A DNA stretch of 64,000 bases from Myxococcota bacterium. Lineage in GTDB: Bacteria > Myxococcota > JACRCW01. The notes under the pieces are model-generated. The model was given only the letters and a program-made list of their open reading frames with translations. It did not search any database and had not been told where the DNA came from. Shown here piece by piece: positions 54,568 through 64,000 of this stretch (the first letter of the stretch is position 1; every line of letters starts with the position of its first letter). The stretch is from contig JBFMGU010000002.1 in the NCBI GenBank assembly GCA_040752415.1, forward strand, positions 37,294 through 101,293, in the 5' to 3' direction. The position numbers and the translations under genes were made by a program.

Positions 54568-55743
54568 TCAGCGCACCGGCTTGGAGGCCGCGTTGTTGGC
54601 CGGCGCCGTCTGCGCGGGCTTGCCATTGGACTGCGCGGCGCGCGTGCGCAGCTCTTCCTGCACCGCCTTCAGTCGGGCCGCGGCCTTCAGCAGCGCCTCC
54701 CGGCGCTCCTTCAGCCGACGCAGCTCCTCCGCCGTGGACAGCCCCGCCATGGGCGAGCGCGACTCCCGCAGCAGCGCGAACGTCCGCTCATCCACCACCG
54801 TCTGACTGCGCGGGACATTCACGCCGCCCGCGGTCGTCGGCGCGCTCGGCGGCGGCGCGGCGTTTCCACCACCGCCCACGTCGGTGGCGTCGGTCTCTCC
54901 GTTGAACGCGCCGGTCCCCGGATCCGCCGGCGCCGGGGAGCCGCCCGCCTGCGGGCCCGTTGCTTCATTGCGCGCGGCCTGGTCGTCATCGGTACGCGCG
55001 GTGACACCGCCGGCCTTCTCGTCGGTGGACTGGGCGCCAGGTCGCTGCACCACGCGGGAAGCCCGGAGCGCGCGCTCCTCCTCGTCAAACAGCTGACGGT
55101 CCTGCGCGAACATCCGTGCCTCACCCGCCAGGGAGGCCTGCTCTTCCAGCGTGCGGATGCGCTCCTCGGCCTTCAGCGCTTCCTTGCGCAGCTTCTCCTC
55201 GTAGTCGCGGGCCAGGTCGGCGCGTTCGCTGAGCGCTTCCGCGTCCATGCTTGCCGTCACCTGCACGCCACCCTGCGCGCTGGGCAGCGCTTGACGTGAG
55301 CTCTGCAGCGCCGCGCGCGCGCGGGCCGCTTCCGCCTCCAGCGCCTTGCGGTCGGCGGCGGGCAGGTCCTTGCCCTCACGCGCCACGCTGCGCTCCATGC
55401 CCGCCACCGCGTCCTCCAGCATGCGGTCCAGCGTGCTGAGCTTGCGGTCGGTGGCCTCCAGCGCTTTGCCCACCTCCACGCTCTCGCTGAGGCGGGCCTT
55501 GAGCGCCGCGTCGGAGAGGAGGCCGCGGTTGCGCTTGGCCTGCGCCACTTCCGCCGCCAGCGCATCCGCGCGCGCCTGCTGCGCCGCCCGTTCCTTCAGG
55601 AGCCGCTCCCGGGCCGCCAGGTACACCTCAACCTGGTGCGCCTGCTTGGCCACCGCCGCGCGCGCTTCCGCGGGGTTGCGCGCCGGGGCCGCCGCGGCAG
55701 TGCCGCTCAGGGCCAGCATCAGGAGGAGGGCAACAGGCTTCAC
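54568..55743 (-). CDS. Exported coiled-coil protein of unknown function
   Basis: VKPVALLLMLALSGTAAA signal peptide; long Ala/Glu/Arg heptad-rich helices. Confidence 0.7.
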   Translation of the reverse strand: MKPVALLLMLALSGTAAAAPARNPAEARAAVAKQAHQVEVYLAARERLLKERAAQQARADALAAEVAQAKRNRGLLSDAALKARLSESVEVGKALEATDRKLSTLDRMLEDAVAGMERSVAREGKDLPAADRKALEAEAARARAALQSSRQALPSAQGGVQVTASMDAEALSERADLARDYEEKLRKEALKAEERIRTLEEQASLAGEARMFAQDRQLFDEEERALRASRVVQRPGAQSTDEKAGGVTARTDDDQAARNEATGPQAGGSPAPADPGTGAFNGETDATDVGGGGNAAPPPSAPTTAGGVNVPRSQTVVDERTFALLRESRSPMAGLSTAEELRRLKERREALLKAAARLKAVQEELRTRAAQSNGKPAQTAPANNAASKPVR

Positions 55744-55963
55744 GCTTCCCCCTTTGTGCACGCCCCATGCCTGATTCGCAACACGGCCGCGCCCAGCCCG
55801 CAGCCTCCCGGCCCAGGCCGCGCCTCCGATGTTTGGCAGCGATTTCAACGGGTTGTGAAAAGCCGCCGGCGCGGGGGCGGGGAGGGAAGGGCTCCCACCG
55901 TCAAAAAACCGTGATTGGGAACCGTGGGCCGGGCGGAAGGATCCGGAAAAGTGGGACGGGCGC

Positions 55964-57421
55964 TCAAGGCTCCTTGATGACCAGGTAGAGCGCTCCCTCT
56001 CCGCGCCGGACGCGGACCATGTGGCCTTGGGGGCGGGACTCGCGCAGCGCGCGCACCGCCTCTTCCGCGCTCTGCACGGCCTTGCCGTTCACCTCCACGA
56101 TGACGTCGCCCTCCTGCATCCCGGCCTCGGCCGCGGGAGCGCCGGGGACCAGGGAGCTCACCACGGCACCCTTGGTGGCGCGCGGGAGGCCCAGGCGCTC
56201 GGCGAGCTCGGGGGTGAGGTTCTGCAGGCCAATACCCAGCTTGCTCTTGCCGCCGCCGCCGTTGGGCCGCGCCGCCATCTCCTCGCCGCGCTGCTCGGGC
56301 AGCTCACCGGTGGTCACCGCCACCACGCGCTCCTTCCCTTCGCGCCACACGCGCAGCTCCAGCTTCTGGCCGATCTTCTTGGACAACACGGTGCGTTGCA
56401 CGCTCTTGCTGCTGTCCGCCTTGGTGCCATCCACGCCGACAATCACGTCGCCCGGCTTGATGCCCGCCTTTTGCGCGGGGCTGTCGTCCTGCACCTGCGC
56501 CACCAGCGCGCCCGCCGACGGCGCGTCCTTGCCCAATCCCTTCTGCAGCTCCTCGGTGAGGTCCTGCATCAGGATGCCCAGGTACGCGCGACGCACCTTC
56601 CCCTCGCGGATGAGCTGCTCGGCGATGGGCCGCGCCATGGACGTGGGCACCGCGAACCCGATGCCGGTGCCAATCCCGGCGATCATGGTGTTGATGCCAA
56701 TGACCTCGCCGTTGAGGTTGACCAGCGGGCCGCCGCTGTTGCCCGGGTTGATGGACGCGTCGGTCTGGAGGAAGTCCTCGTAGCGGCCACCGCCGAGGAG
56801 CGAGCGGTTCTTGGCGCTGAGCACGCCCACCGTGACGGTGTGGTCGAGCCCGAAGGGGTTGCCAATGGCAATGGTCCACTCGCCCACGAGCATGTTCTCG
56901 GAGTCGCCGAGCTTGGCGGGGTGGACCTTGACGCCGTCCACCTTGATGACGGCCAGGTCGCTGCGCGGGTCGGTACCCACCACTTTTCCGTCGACGGTCT
57001 TGCCGTCCAGGAAGGACACCTTGACGCGGTCCGCGCCCTCCACGACGTGATTGTTGGTGAGGATGTGCCCGCGGTCATCAATGACCACGCCGCTGCCGGT
57101 GCCCTGCTGCTTCTGGGAGGGGCCCTCGCCGTCGTCGCCAAAGAAGCGCTCCAGCGGGGTGCCGCGGAACGGGCTCATCATGGCCACCGCCTTCTCGATG
57201 CTGATGCGCACCACGGAGGGGCCCACCTGGGAGGCCACCTGGCTGAAGGTGCGGCTGAGCTCGCGCGCGTCGGCCACCTGCGCGGGGGAGGGCGGCGGCA
57301 GGGACTGATCCGAGACCGTCCCCTCGGCGCGCACGTTCGTCATCCACAACGTGGTCCCGCCACTGACCACGCCCACCACACCCGCCATCACCAACCCACC
57401 CATCCTGCTGGACCATGACAT
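55964..57421 (-). CDS. HtrA/DegP-like serine protease with two PDZ domains
   Basis: GSGVVI, TNNHVV, DLAVIK, QTDASINPGNSGGPL; two G.K/Q.GDVI PDZ motifs. Confidence 0.95.
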   Translation of the reverse strand: MSWSSRMGGLVMAGVVGVVSGGTTLWMTNVRAEGTVSDQSLPPPSPAQVADARELSRTFSQVASQVGPSVVRISIEKAVAMMSPFRGTPLERFFGDDGEGPSQKQQGTGSGVVIDDRGHILTNNHVVEGADRVKVSFLDGKTVDGKVVGTDPRSDLAVIKVDGVKVHPAKLGDSENMLVGEWTIAIGNPFGLDHTVTVGVLSAKNRSLLGGGRYEDFLQTDASINPGNSGGPLVNLNGEVIGINTMIAGIGTGIGFAVPTSMARPIAEQLIREGKVRRAYLGILMQDLTEELQKGLGKDAPSAGALVAQVQDDSPAQKAGIKPGDVIVGVDGTKADSSKSVQRTVLSKKIGQKLELRVWREGKERVVAVTTGELPEQRGEEMAARPNGGGGKSKLGIGLQNLTPELAERLGLPRATKGAVVSSLVPGAPAAEAGMQEGDVIVEVNGKAVQSAEEAVRALRESRPQGHMVRVRRGEGALYLVIKEP

Positions 57422-57585
57422 GGGAATCTCTCCTTGAACTGCGGTTGCCCATCCAACCGTCCTGCTCGCAAGGACATTGCGCGCACGTGCGGTCGGAGGC
57501 GCCTTGCCCTCGTCACGCGACGAGAGCGGGAGCGCCAGGCCACCGTCTGGATAACCACTGCAACGCCTCGGTCAACCCGGACGTT

Positions 57586-58692
57586 TCACAACCTCAAGTC
57601 CCCGCGCACCGGCGTGGTGTACGCGGCGGAAGCAGCACGTGCGGCCTCGGCAAAGCGCGGGTCGTCACGCTCTGGCAGACGGACCTGGAGCTCCACGTAG
57701 AGATCCCCCCGACGCTCCCCCCGCGCCACGCCCTTCCCGCGCAGGCGCAGCTTGGTCCCGGACTGGCTGTGCGGCGGGATCCGCATCTCCACCGTGCCGT
57801 CGGGTGTGGGGACGCTGACCTTGGCGCCGTTGTAGGCCTCATCAAGCGTGACCGGCAGCGGCAGGTAGAGGTCCAGGCCCTCCCGACGCAGGAGCGGGTG
57901 CGGTCGCACGCGCGTCTCCAGCATGAGGTCCGGCCCGCCCAGCGGCGAGGGGACGCGCAGGCGCGAGCCGTTGTCGGCGCCGGGCGGGATGCGCACGGTG
58001 ACGGGTTTGCGCTCCCTGCGCTCGCCCGCGCCGTGGCACGCTGGGCATTCCGGACCCACCCGACCCGAGCCGCCGCACGTCTGACAGGTGGCCATCATGC
58101 GGATGTGCCCGCCGCCGGTCTGACGTCGACCGGAGCCGCCGCAGTCCGGGCAGCGTGAGGTGGCGCCGCGTTGGCGACCGGTGCCCTGGCACTCACTGCA
58201 AGGACCGCTGAGCTCCAGTTGGAGCGTGATCTCCGCGCCCTTCACCGCCTGCATGAACTCGATCTCAATGAGCGCGTGCTGGGGCTGCGCGCGACGTCGC
58301 TGCGGTCGTCCGCCAACGCCCTCCGCGGCGCCACCGAAGAACTCGGAGAACAGGTCGCTGGGGTCAAAGTAGAAGCCGCCGCTGGGGGCCTCACCGGCGT
58401 GCGCTCTCGCTCCACCGCCCCGGGCCCGGGCGCCCCAGGCACGGGCCATCTCCGGGTCAAAGCCCGCCTTCAAGGAGTCCTCGCCGAACTCGTCGTAGAG
58501 CTTGCGCTTGTCCGGGTTGGAGAGGACCTCGTAGGCGGCGTTCACTTCCTTGAAGCGCTCCTCCGCGGCCTTGTCTCCGGCGTTGACGTCCGGGTGATAG
58601 CGCTTGGCCAGCTTGCGGTACGCCCGCCGGATGTCCTGCTCCGACGCCGACTTCGGCACGCCCAGCGTCGCGTAGAGGTCCCTGACGTCCAT
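57586..58692 (-). CDS. dnaJ: DnaJ-family co-chaperone with zinc finger
   Basis: J domain with HPD; G/F-rich region; four CxxCxGxG repeats; LRLRGKG...GDLYV. Confidence 0.85.
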   Translation of the reverse strand: MDVRDLYATLGVPKSASEQDIRRAYRKLAKRYHPDVNAGDKAAEERFKEVNAAYEVLSNPDKRKLYDEFGEDSLKAGFDPEMARAWGARARGGGARAHAGEAPSGGFYFDPSDLFSEFFGGAAEGVGGRPQRRRAQPQHALIEIEFMQAVKGAEITLQLELSGPCSECQGTGRQRGATSRCPDCGGSGRRQTGGGHIRMMATCQTCGGSGRVGPECPACHGAGERRERKPVTVRIPPGADNGSRLRVPSPLGGPDLMLETRVRPHPLLRREGLDLYLPLPVTLDEAYNGAKVSVPTPDGTVEMRIPPHSQSGTKLRLRGKGVARGERRGDLYVELQVRLPERDDPRFAEAARAASAAYTTPVRGDLRL

Positions 58693-58812
58693 GATCCAAC
58701 CCTGGCGCCCGGCCATGCCCATGCCCGAGTCTGCGCGCAGGCGCAGTCCGGCCTGACCGGGATCACCGCCCCAAGAAAGTCAGCGTCCGCCAACAGTCAA
58801 GATGCCGGGGGC

Positions 58813-60741
58813 TCAGGGCTGGAGCAGGTTGAGGCGCATGCGCTGCTGCTCACCAGGCTTGAGCGTGATGGGAATCTCCCGGTGGATGGCCAGCGCGGGG
58901 TTCTTGATGAGCAGCTTGTGCTCGCCGGGGGAGAGGCGCACCTGCGCGGGGGTCATGAGGCCCACGTCCACGTCGTCGATGACCAGCTGCGCGAACGGGT
59001 TGGTCTCGATCTGCAGCGTGGCGGCGTTGGGGTCCTTCTCGTCGGCCAGGGTGCCGCGGCGCTCGGGGTCGGGCTCGTTGAGGATGTGGAACGCGCGCGC
59101 CTCCCGTTGCGCCAGCTCCTTGTCACCCAGGCGGCTGTAGATGTCCGCCAGCGCGGCGTGGATCTCCGGGTTGAACGGGTTCTGCCGGTTGGCCATCAGG
59201 TAGCTCTGGGCGGCCTGCTTCCACTCCGCGCGCTTGTAGTGCACGCGACCCAGCTGGATGTGCGTCTGCGGATAATCCGGGAAGCTCTGTTCCACGCTTT
59301 TGAGCGCGGCCAGCGCGCGCGCGTCGTCACCGGCCTCCAGGTAGGCGCTGGCCAGGCGGTTGTGCAGCGCGGGAGCAAACCGTCCCGCCTTGGCCACGGC
59401 GCGCTCGTACTGCATGGCCGCTGCCTTGGGGCGACCCGCCTGGCGCAACAGGTTCCCCAGCCGCGCGTAGCGCTTCACCTCCGGCGCCATGCCGTGGTCC
59501 AGGTCCTCGTCGCGGTCCTCGTCGTCGGAGTGGCGCTTGCCCTTCTTGAACTCAATGCGCGGCGCCTCCGCGCCCGGCGTGTGACGCGTGGGCCGCGCCT
59601 TCAGGTACTTCAGCCAGTCCTTCTTGAAGTGGTCAAAGCTCGCGCCCAGCACGCTGGCAATGGCCTGCTCGTCGCTCTCGCCGTCGCGCAGGTGCTCGAT
59701 GATGGCGTTGGTCACGGCGAAGCCCTGTGGCGTGCCGGGAGGACAATTGCCGGCGCGCGCGCAGGTGGGGCCGCCTTTGTGCAGGTACTCCACCACGGTG
59801 AACACCTCCGCGAAGGCCAGCGCGGTGTCGTTCTGGCTGGGCAGCTTGGCCATGGAGGGGTGCATCTGCTCGAAGGTGATGAGCTTGTCGCTCTTGATGG
59901 CCTTGGCGAGCAGGTTCTCCTGCCAGTGGCTGAGTCCCGCGTCCTGCTCGGTCCAACGGCTCTCGCTGTACTTGGCCAGCCCCTCGTGCAGCCAGATGCC
60001 CACGGTGTTGTGGCTCTTCTGGCTGATGATGAGGTGCGTGTACTCGTGCGCCAGCGTGTCCAGCCACGCGTAGCCGCGCAGCAGCGCGCGCGGGCTGGTG
60101 ATCATGAGCCGGTTGAACTTGCAGATGGCAATCGTGCCGCTGGTTTCGATCTCCTTTTCCGTGAGCGTGCTGACCTGCGCCAGCGCCTTGGCGGAGGAAT
60201 ACACCTCGACGACGATCTTCTCCTTGGGCCGCCACTGGAAGTCACCGCCAATGCGTTCGTAGGCCGCCTCCAGCGCTTCCAGTGCGTAGGGCGCCAGCAC
60301 CTGGTCCTTGCCGGGCCGGGCGCGGAAGGAGAAGTGCGCGCTCTCGGTGGCAATGAAGCCCTCGGTGGCGTCGCGCGTGGCGCGCACCAGCTCCAGGAAG
60401 GCGCCATCCAGGGCGTTGCCGGCGGCCTCCTCGTCGGCGCCCTTGAACGCGCTGGCGGCCTGCTCCAGCAGCGTCACCGCGCCCACGTAGTCGGACTGGT
60501 AGAACTTCACCTTGCCGGCGGCGGCCTGCACGGCGGGGATGTCGGGGAGGTCGCGGTAGAGCTTCTCGGCAATGTCCGCGGCCTCGGCAATGCGCCAGTC
60601 GCCCAGCAGCGTGTCCACGCGCTCCAGCAGCGCGCCCACCCCCTCGGCGGCGTGGGTGGGGCGCGGGGGAAGGAAGCCCACCGCCAGCAGGAGCGCGGCC
60701 AGCACGACGCGACGCCAGGGATGCACGGTTCTCGTCGTCAC
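58813..60741 (-). CDS. Exported TPR + peptidase MA-like (HExxH) + PEGA-domain protein
   Basis: HEYTH...WLHEGLA zincin motif; TPR helices; C-terminal IDDVDVG.TP....LSPGEH (PEGA-like); GTGA overlap. Confidence 0.8.
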   Translation of the reverse strand: MTTRTVHPWRRVVLAALLLAVGFLPPRPTHAAEGVGALLERVDTLLGDWRIAEAADIAEKLYRDLPDIPAVQAAAGKVKFYQSDYVGAVTLLEQAASAFKGADEEAAGNALDGAFLELVRATRDATEGFIATESAHFSFRARPGKDQVLAPYALEALEAAYERIGGDFQWRPKEKIVVEVYSSAKALAQVSTLTEKEIETSGTIAICKFNRLMITSPRALLRGYAWLDTLAHEYTHLIISQKSHNTVGIWLHEGLAKYSESRWTEQDAGLSHWQENLLAKAIKSDKLITFEQMHPSMAKLPSQNDTALAFAEVFTVVEYLHKGGPTCARAGNCPPGTPQGFAVTNAIIEHLRDGESDEQAIASVLGASFDHFKKDWLKYLKARPTRHTPGAEAPRIEFKKGKRHSDDEDRDEDLDHGMAPEVKRYARLGNLLRQAGRPKAAAMQYERAVAKAGRFAPALHNRLASAYLEAGDDARALAALKSVEQSFPDYPQTHIQLGRVHYKRAEWKQAAQSYLMANRQNPFNPEIHAALADIYSRLGDKELAQREARAFHILNEPDPERRGTLADEKDPNAATLQIETNPFAQLVIDDVDVGLMTPAQVRLSPGEHKLLIKNPALAIHREIPITLKPGEQQRMRLNLLQP

Positions 60742-63700
60742 TTCACCAGCTCCTCGTAGTATTGCTTGACCTCGGGTTGGAAGCGGCTGGGCGGCTGTTC
60801 CTTCATGGCGTCCAGGATGTCCTTGCGGAACTGCTCGGGCACCTTGAAGTTCTCCGCGCCGGGGATCTCCACGCGTTCCTTGTTGTTGCGCTGGCCACCC
60901 ACGCGCTGCCCTTGTCCGTCGGAGGAGCTGCCAAACGGCGTGGGCACGCCACCGCCGCCGCTGCCGCCCTTGCCGGCCTGCTCCATGGCCCGCTGCAGCT
61001 CCTGCATGCGCGCCAACGCCTCGCGCTGTCGCCCCGTGGCGGCGGGGAGGTCCTGGCTGCCCAGGTCGGCCTGCGCGCCCTGCATGGAACGACGCGCGCC
61101 CTCCAGCGTCTCGCGGTGCTCCGGCCCAAACAGCGGCAGCTCCTTGCCAATGTTCTCCATGTCCTGGGAGAGCTGACGCGCGCGCTCTCCCAGCTTGCCC
61201 TGCCTTCGCGCCTGCTCGCGCATGGCCTCGCGCTCCTTGGCGGTCATCTTCTGGCTCGGGTCGGGCATGAGGCGGTCCAGGTCCTCCATGATCTTCTGCG
61301 CGCGCGGCAGCGACTGCTCCGTCTTCTCCTTGGCGCGCTTGGCGCCCGGCCCACCGGCGGCAAAGCGGCTCTCGGTGCGGTCCATCAGGCTGCTGCGCAA
61401 CCATTCCAGCGCACCAACCGCCTGCCGCGCCGCGCGCTGCGCCTCCTCGAAGTCGCGCGCCCTGAGCGCCTTGGCCGTCTCGGAGGCACGCGCCTCGGCC
61501 TCTTCGCGCTGCTCGTTCTCCATCTCGATGAGCCCGCCCTGGCCCATCTGCTGCAGCTCCTTGGCCAGCGCCTCCGCCTCCTGCGCCACGCGCGCGGCGA
61601 ACTGTTCCACGTCCTCACCCAGGTCCTTGCGCGCGCGCTCCCGCGCCTTTTCCAGCCGCTCCTTGCTCTCCTTGAGCAGCGCCTCCTGCTCCTGGGTGAT
61701 CTCGTCGAGCTCGCTCTTGAACGCGTCCAGCTTCTCGCGCAGCTCGGCGTATTCCTCGCCGCCGTATTCCTGCTCACCCTTCTCCATCTCATCCATGAGC
61801 TGGCGGGTGCGCTGCGCCATCTGCTCCAGCGCCTTGGCCGCGCCCTCGATGTCGCCCTCGGCCAGCATCTCGTCGATGTCCTTGAGCGGGTCGGTGAGGT
61901 TCTTGGCGTCCAGCGCGTCGGTGTTCATGTACTCCTGCGGAATCTCCCGCTGCAGTTGCGCCAGCTTCTCGCCCAGCTGACGGAGCTGCTCCCGGAGCGC
62001 GCTGATCTCCTCCATGATGCGCTTGCGGGTCTCCTCGTCGCCGGCCTTGGCGTACTCGCTGAGCAGGTCGCGCAGGCGCGCCTGGGTGGCCGCCAGCTCC
62101 TTGGCCGCTTCCTGCGCCTCCTGCAGCCGCTGCCTGCCCAGCAGGTCATCCATGTACAGGATGTGCTGGCCCAGCTTGTCGGCGGCGGTCTTGCCCAGGC
62201 GCACGGAGCGCTGCGCGTACGGCTCGGGGAAGCGTGACGTCTCGCGCACCTGGTGCCGGATCTCCGCGGCCAGCACCGCCAGCTCGTCGTAGGTGCGCAT
62301 CAGGTCCACGCGGATGTTGCGCAACGCGCGCGTCACCTCGGCGGGCGCCAGCTCGTCCTTGGCAAACTCGTCGGCCAGGCCCTGCAGCGCCTCCCCCAGG
62401 CCCTGACCGCGCTTCACCTGCGCCAGCCAGCGCTCCGCTTCCTGGTCGGGCGTGGCGGGGCTGCCCTCGTCGGGTGGGTCCAGCGGGGTCTCCATCTCGT
62501 CGGCCAGCTGGATGACCATGCGCTGCATCAGCTCTTCCTGCTTGGCGATCAGCTCGCTGTGGTGCTCCGCCGCGGAGAACACCTTCAGCGTGCGGTTGAC
62601 GCTCACGCCGGTCTTGGGACCACTCACCGTGTCGTTGTCCTTGGCCTCCACGCTGATGACCAGGCGGTCCCCGGGGCGCGCTTCCAGGCTGCGCAGGTCC
62701 AGTCCGCCGCCGCCAGCGTGCTCGGTGGGCTCGTCGGTGAGCTCGGAGAGGCTCTTGCGCACCGGCTCCCCACCCTTGCGCAGGTTGCGCACCACCAGGT
62801 TGAACTCGGTGAGCCCGTGGTCGTCGCGGCCCTTGAAGGAGATGCCCAGTCTCTCGTCGAGCGAGACGGTGCGGTCCTCACCCGGCTCCAGCAGCTCGAC
62901 CGTGGGCGCCAGGTCCGGCTCCACGGTGATGGTGTGTCCGTCCTGCTCCACCACCTCGTCGCCGTGGCTGTCCACCAGCGCCAGCCGGTAACGGCCGCCG
63001 TCCTGCACCGTGAACTGCCCGCTCAGGTTCCGGCCCTCCGCCACCGTGAGCGGCACGTCGCCACTCCCCAGGATGAGCCGGGCGCTCTGCACCGCGCGGT
63101 CCGCGCGTGCGCGCAGCAGCACCTCCGTGCCCTTGGGCGCGCTGATGTCACCGCTGATGCCGTCCAGCAGCCGCGGCTCCTGCTTCATGTACGCGGGGAA
63201 GGTGAGCAGCGCGCTGACGTCGGACCACAGCGGCGGCAGCGCCGCGGCGCGACCTTCCAGCACCGCGCCCCGCAACAGCGCCCGCCCCAGCCCGGTCTCC
63301 AGCCGCGCCGGCGCCAGCACCATGACCGCCGCCATGACGAGGAGCCCCGCGCCGCCCATCAGGTGCAGCAGGCGTCCCCGTCGGGCCAGCGTCTGGCGGT
63401 GCCCCGTCTGCAGGTGCGCCTGGCGCAGCGTGTGGCTGGTGGCGCGGACGTGGGCCTGCTGCAGCGCGTTGCTCCCGCCGCTGGCCCCGGGCTCCAGGGA
63501 GACGCCCACCGCGGCGCGCACCGCGTCGTGCAGCTCCGGGACCATGCGCTCCAGGTGCAGCGCCAGCTTGCGCGGCCCCGCGGCGGTGCTGACCACCCGG
63601 TAGATGCCCACGCCCAGCCCCAGCACCCCGCCCAGCACGCTGAAGAGCGCCACCAGCGCGTTGGCCAGCCGACTCGGCTCCGGCGCGCCACCCAGCGTCA

Positions 63701-63818
63701 CCGCCAGGAGCGCCGCCAAGCCCCAGCACGCGGCCAGCACGCCCACGCCCTCGGCCACCGCGGCCACCACGGCGCGGGTCAGGTACGGCCGCAAGGAGGA
63801 ACGGAGGTCGGGGTGCAT
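60738..63818 (-). CDS. DUF4175 family membrane-anchored coiled-coil protein
   Basis: N-terminal TM helices, PAY, PD.AP, DDHGL, A.DND..SGPK, long coiled coil, IL.AMK...P..F...VKQYYEELVK. Confidence 0.8.
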   Translation of the reverse strand: MHPDLRSSLRPYLTRAVVAAVAEGVGVLAACWGLAALLAVTLGGAPEPSRLANALVALFSVLGGVLGLGVGIYRVVSTAAGPRKLALHLERMVPELHDAVRAAVGVSLEPGASGGSNALQQAHVRATSHTLRQAHLQTGHRQTLARRGRLLHLMGGAGLLVMAAVMVLAPARLETGLGRALLRGAVLEGRAAALPPLWSDVSALLTFPAYMKQEPRLLDGISGDISAPKGTEVLLRARADRAVQSARLILGSGDVPLTVAEGRNLSGQFTVQDGGRYRLALVDSHGDEVVEQDGHTITVEPDLAPTVELLEPGEDRTVSLDERLGISFKGRDDHGLTEFNLVVRNLRKGGEPVRKSLSELTDEPTEHAGGGGLDLRSLEARPGDRLVISVEAKDNDTVSGPKTGVSVNRTLKVFSAAEHHSELIAKQEELMQRMVIQLADEMETPLDPPDEGSPATPDQEAERWLAQVKRGQGLGEALQGLADEFAKDELAPAEVTRALRNIRVDLMRTYDELAVLAAEIRHQVRETSRFPEPYAQRSVRLGKTAADKLGQHILYMDDLLGRQRLQEAQEAAKELAATQARLRDLLSEYAKAGDEETRKRIMEEISALREQLRQLGEKLAQLQREIPQEYMNTDALDAKNLTDPLKDIDEMLAEGDIEGAAKALEQMAQRTRQLMDEMEKGEQEYGGEEYAELREKLDAFKSELDEITQEQEALLKESKERLEKARERARKDLGEDVEQFAARVAQEAEALAKELQQMGQGGLIEMENEQREEAEARASETAKALRARDFEEAQRAARQAVGALEWLRSSLMDRTESRFAAGGPGAKRAKEKTEQSLPRAQKIMEDLDRLMPDPSQKMTAKEREAMREQARRQGKLGERARQLSQDMENIGKELPLFGPEHRETLEGARRSMQGAQADLGSQDLPAATGRQREALARMQELQRAMEQAGKGGSGGGGVPTPFGSSSDGQGQRVGGQRNNKERVEIPGAENFKVPEQFRKDILDAMKEQPPSRFQPEVKQYYEELVK

Positions 63819-64000
63819 GCTTGGTCCTGGGCGTGACGGCGGAGCGGAAACCCCAACGTACGCGTTGGCCGGGGCGCCGGCAAAACCTCCCCGCCACCGG
63901 CCGTCCGTCCCCGGTGACGGGGAATGCCGCGGCGTTGGCGCGCGTTGGAGCTTTCCTGGCCTTGCCGGGCGGTCCAGTGGCTGTGGCATATTGCCACGGG

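Noticed and set aside
63983..63997. Palindrome GTGGCA-TAT-TGCCAC upstream of DUF4175
   Set aside because: At the window edge, short, and does not fit sigma54 spacing; context cannot be assessed

Overview
A GC-rich, gene-dense chromosomal segment with about 52 CDS, most likely from a Myxococcota (deltaproteobacterial) organism. The lineage is inferred from a MYXO-CTERM-like tail and many Cys-rich, Ser-linker lipoproteins. Recognisable genes include a vapBC toxin-antitoxin pair, a GlcD-like FAD oxidase, alkA-like glycosylase, cyanophycinase, yaeQ, a DUF47-pit phosphate operon with a Pho box, PolX-PHP divergent from a dnaA that is not followed by dnaN, yceI, a membrane/2Fe-2S adenylate cyclase, mazG, a ROK kinase plus aldose epimerase, degP, dnaJ and DUF4175, with many peptidases (M16, M2, S51, S41-like, M1, S1C, MA-like). 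I found no tRNA, rRNA, CRISPR array, transposase or integrase. Best novelty candidates: (1) an exported di-haem c / DUF4331 / TPR gene cluster (37.7-46.1 kb) whose DUF4331 protein should mature to an N-terminal Ser-Ser-His (ATCUN-type Cu/Ni) motif, interrupted by a lower-GC cassette; (2) a multi-stem RNA-like element with a predicted kissing loop at 54.4 kb; (3) a ~320-bp nested palindrome and a pair of heptamer-repeat hairpin elements; (4) a GATC cluster upstream of dnaA; (5) three enzymes with remodelled active sites (vanadium haloperoxidase, PolX, MBL fold). All family assignments come from reading motifs by eye, not from database searches, and start codons were chosen by RBS and overlap logic.
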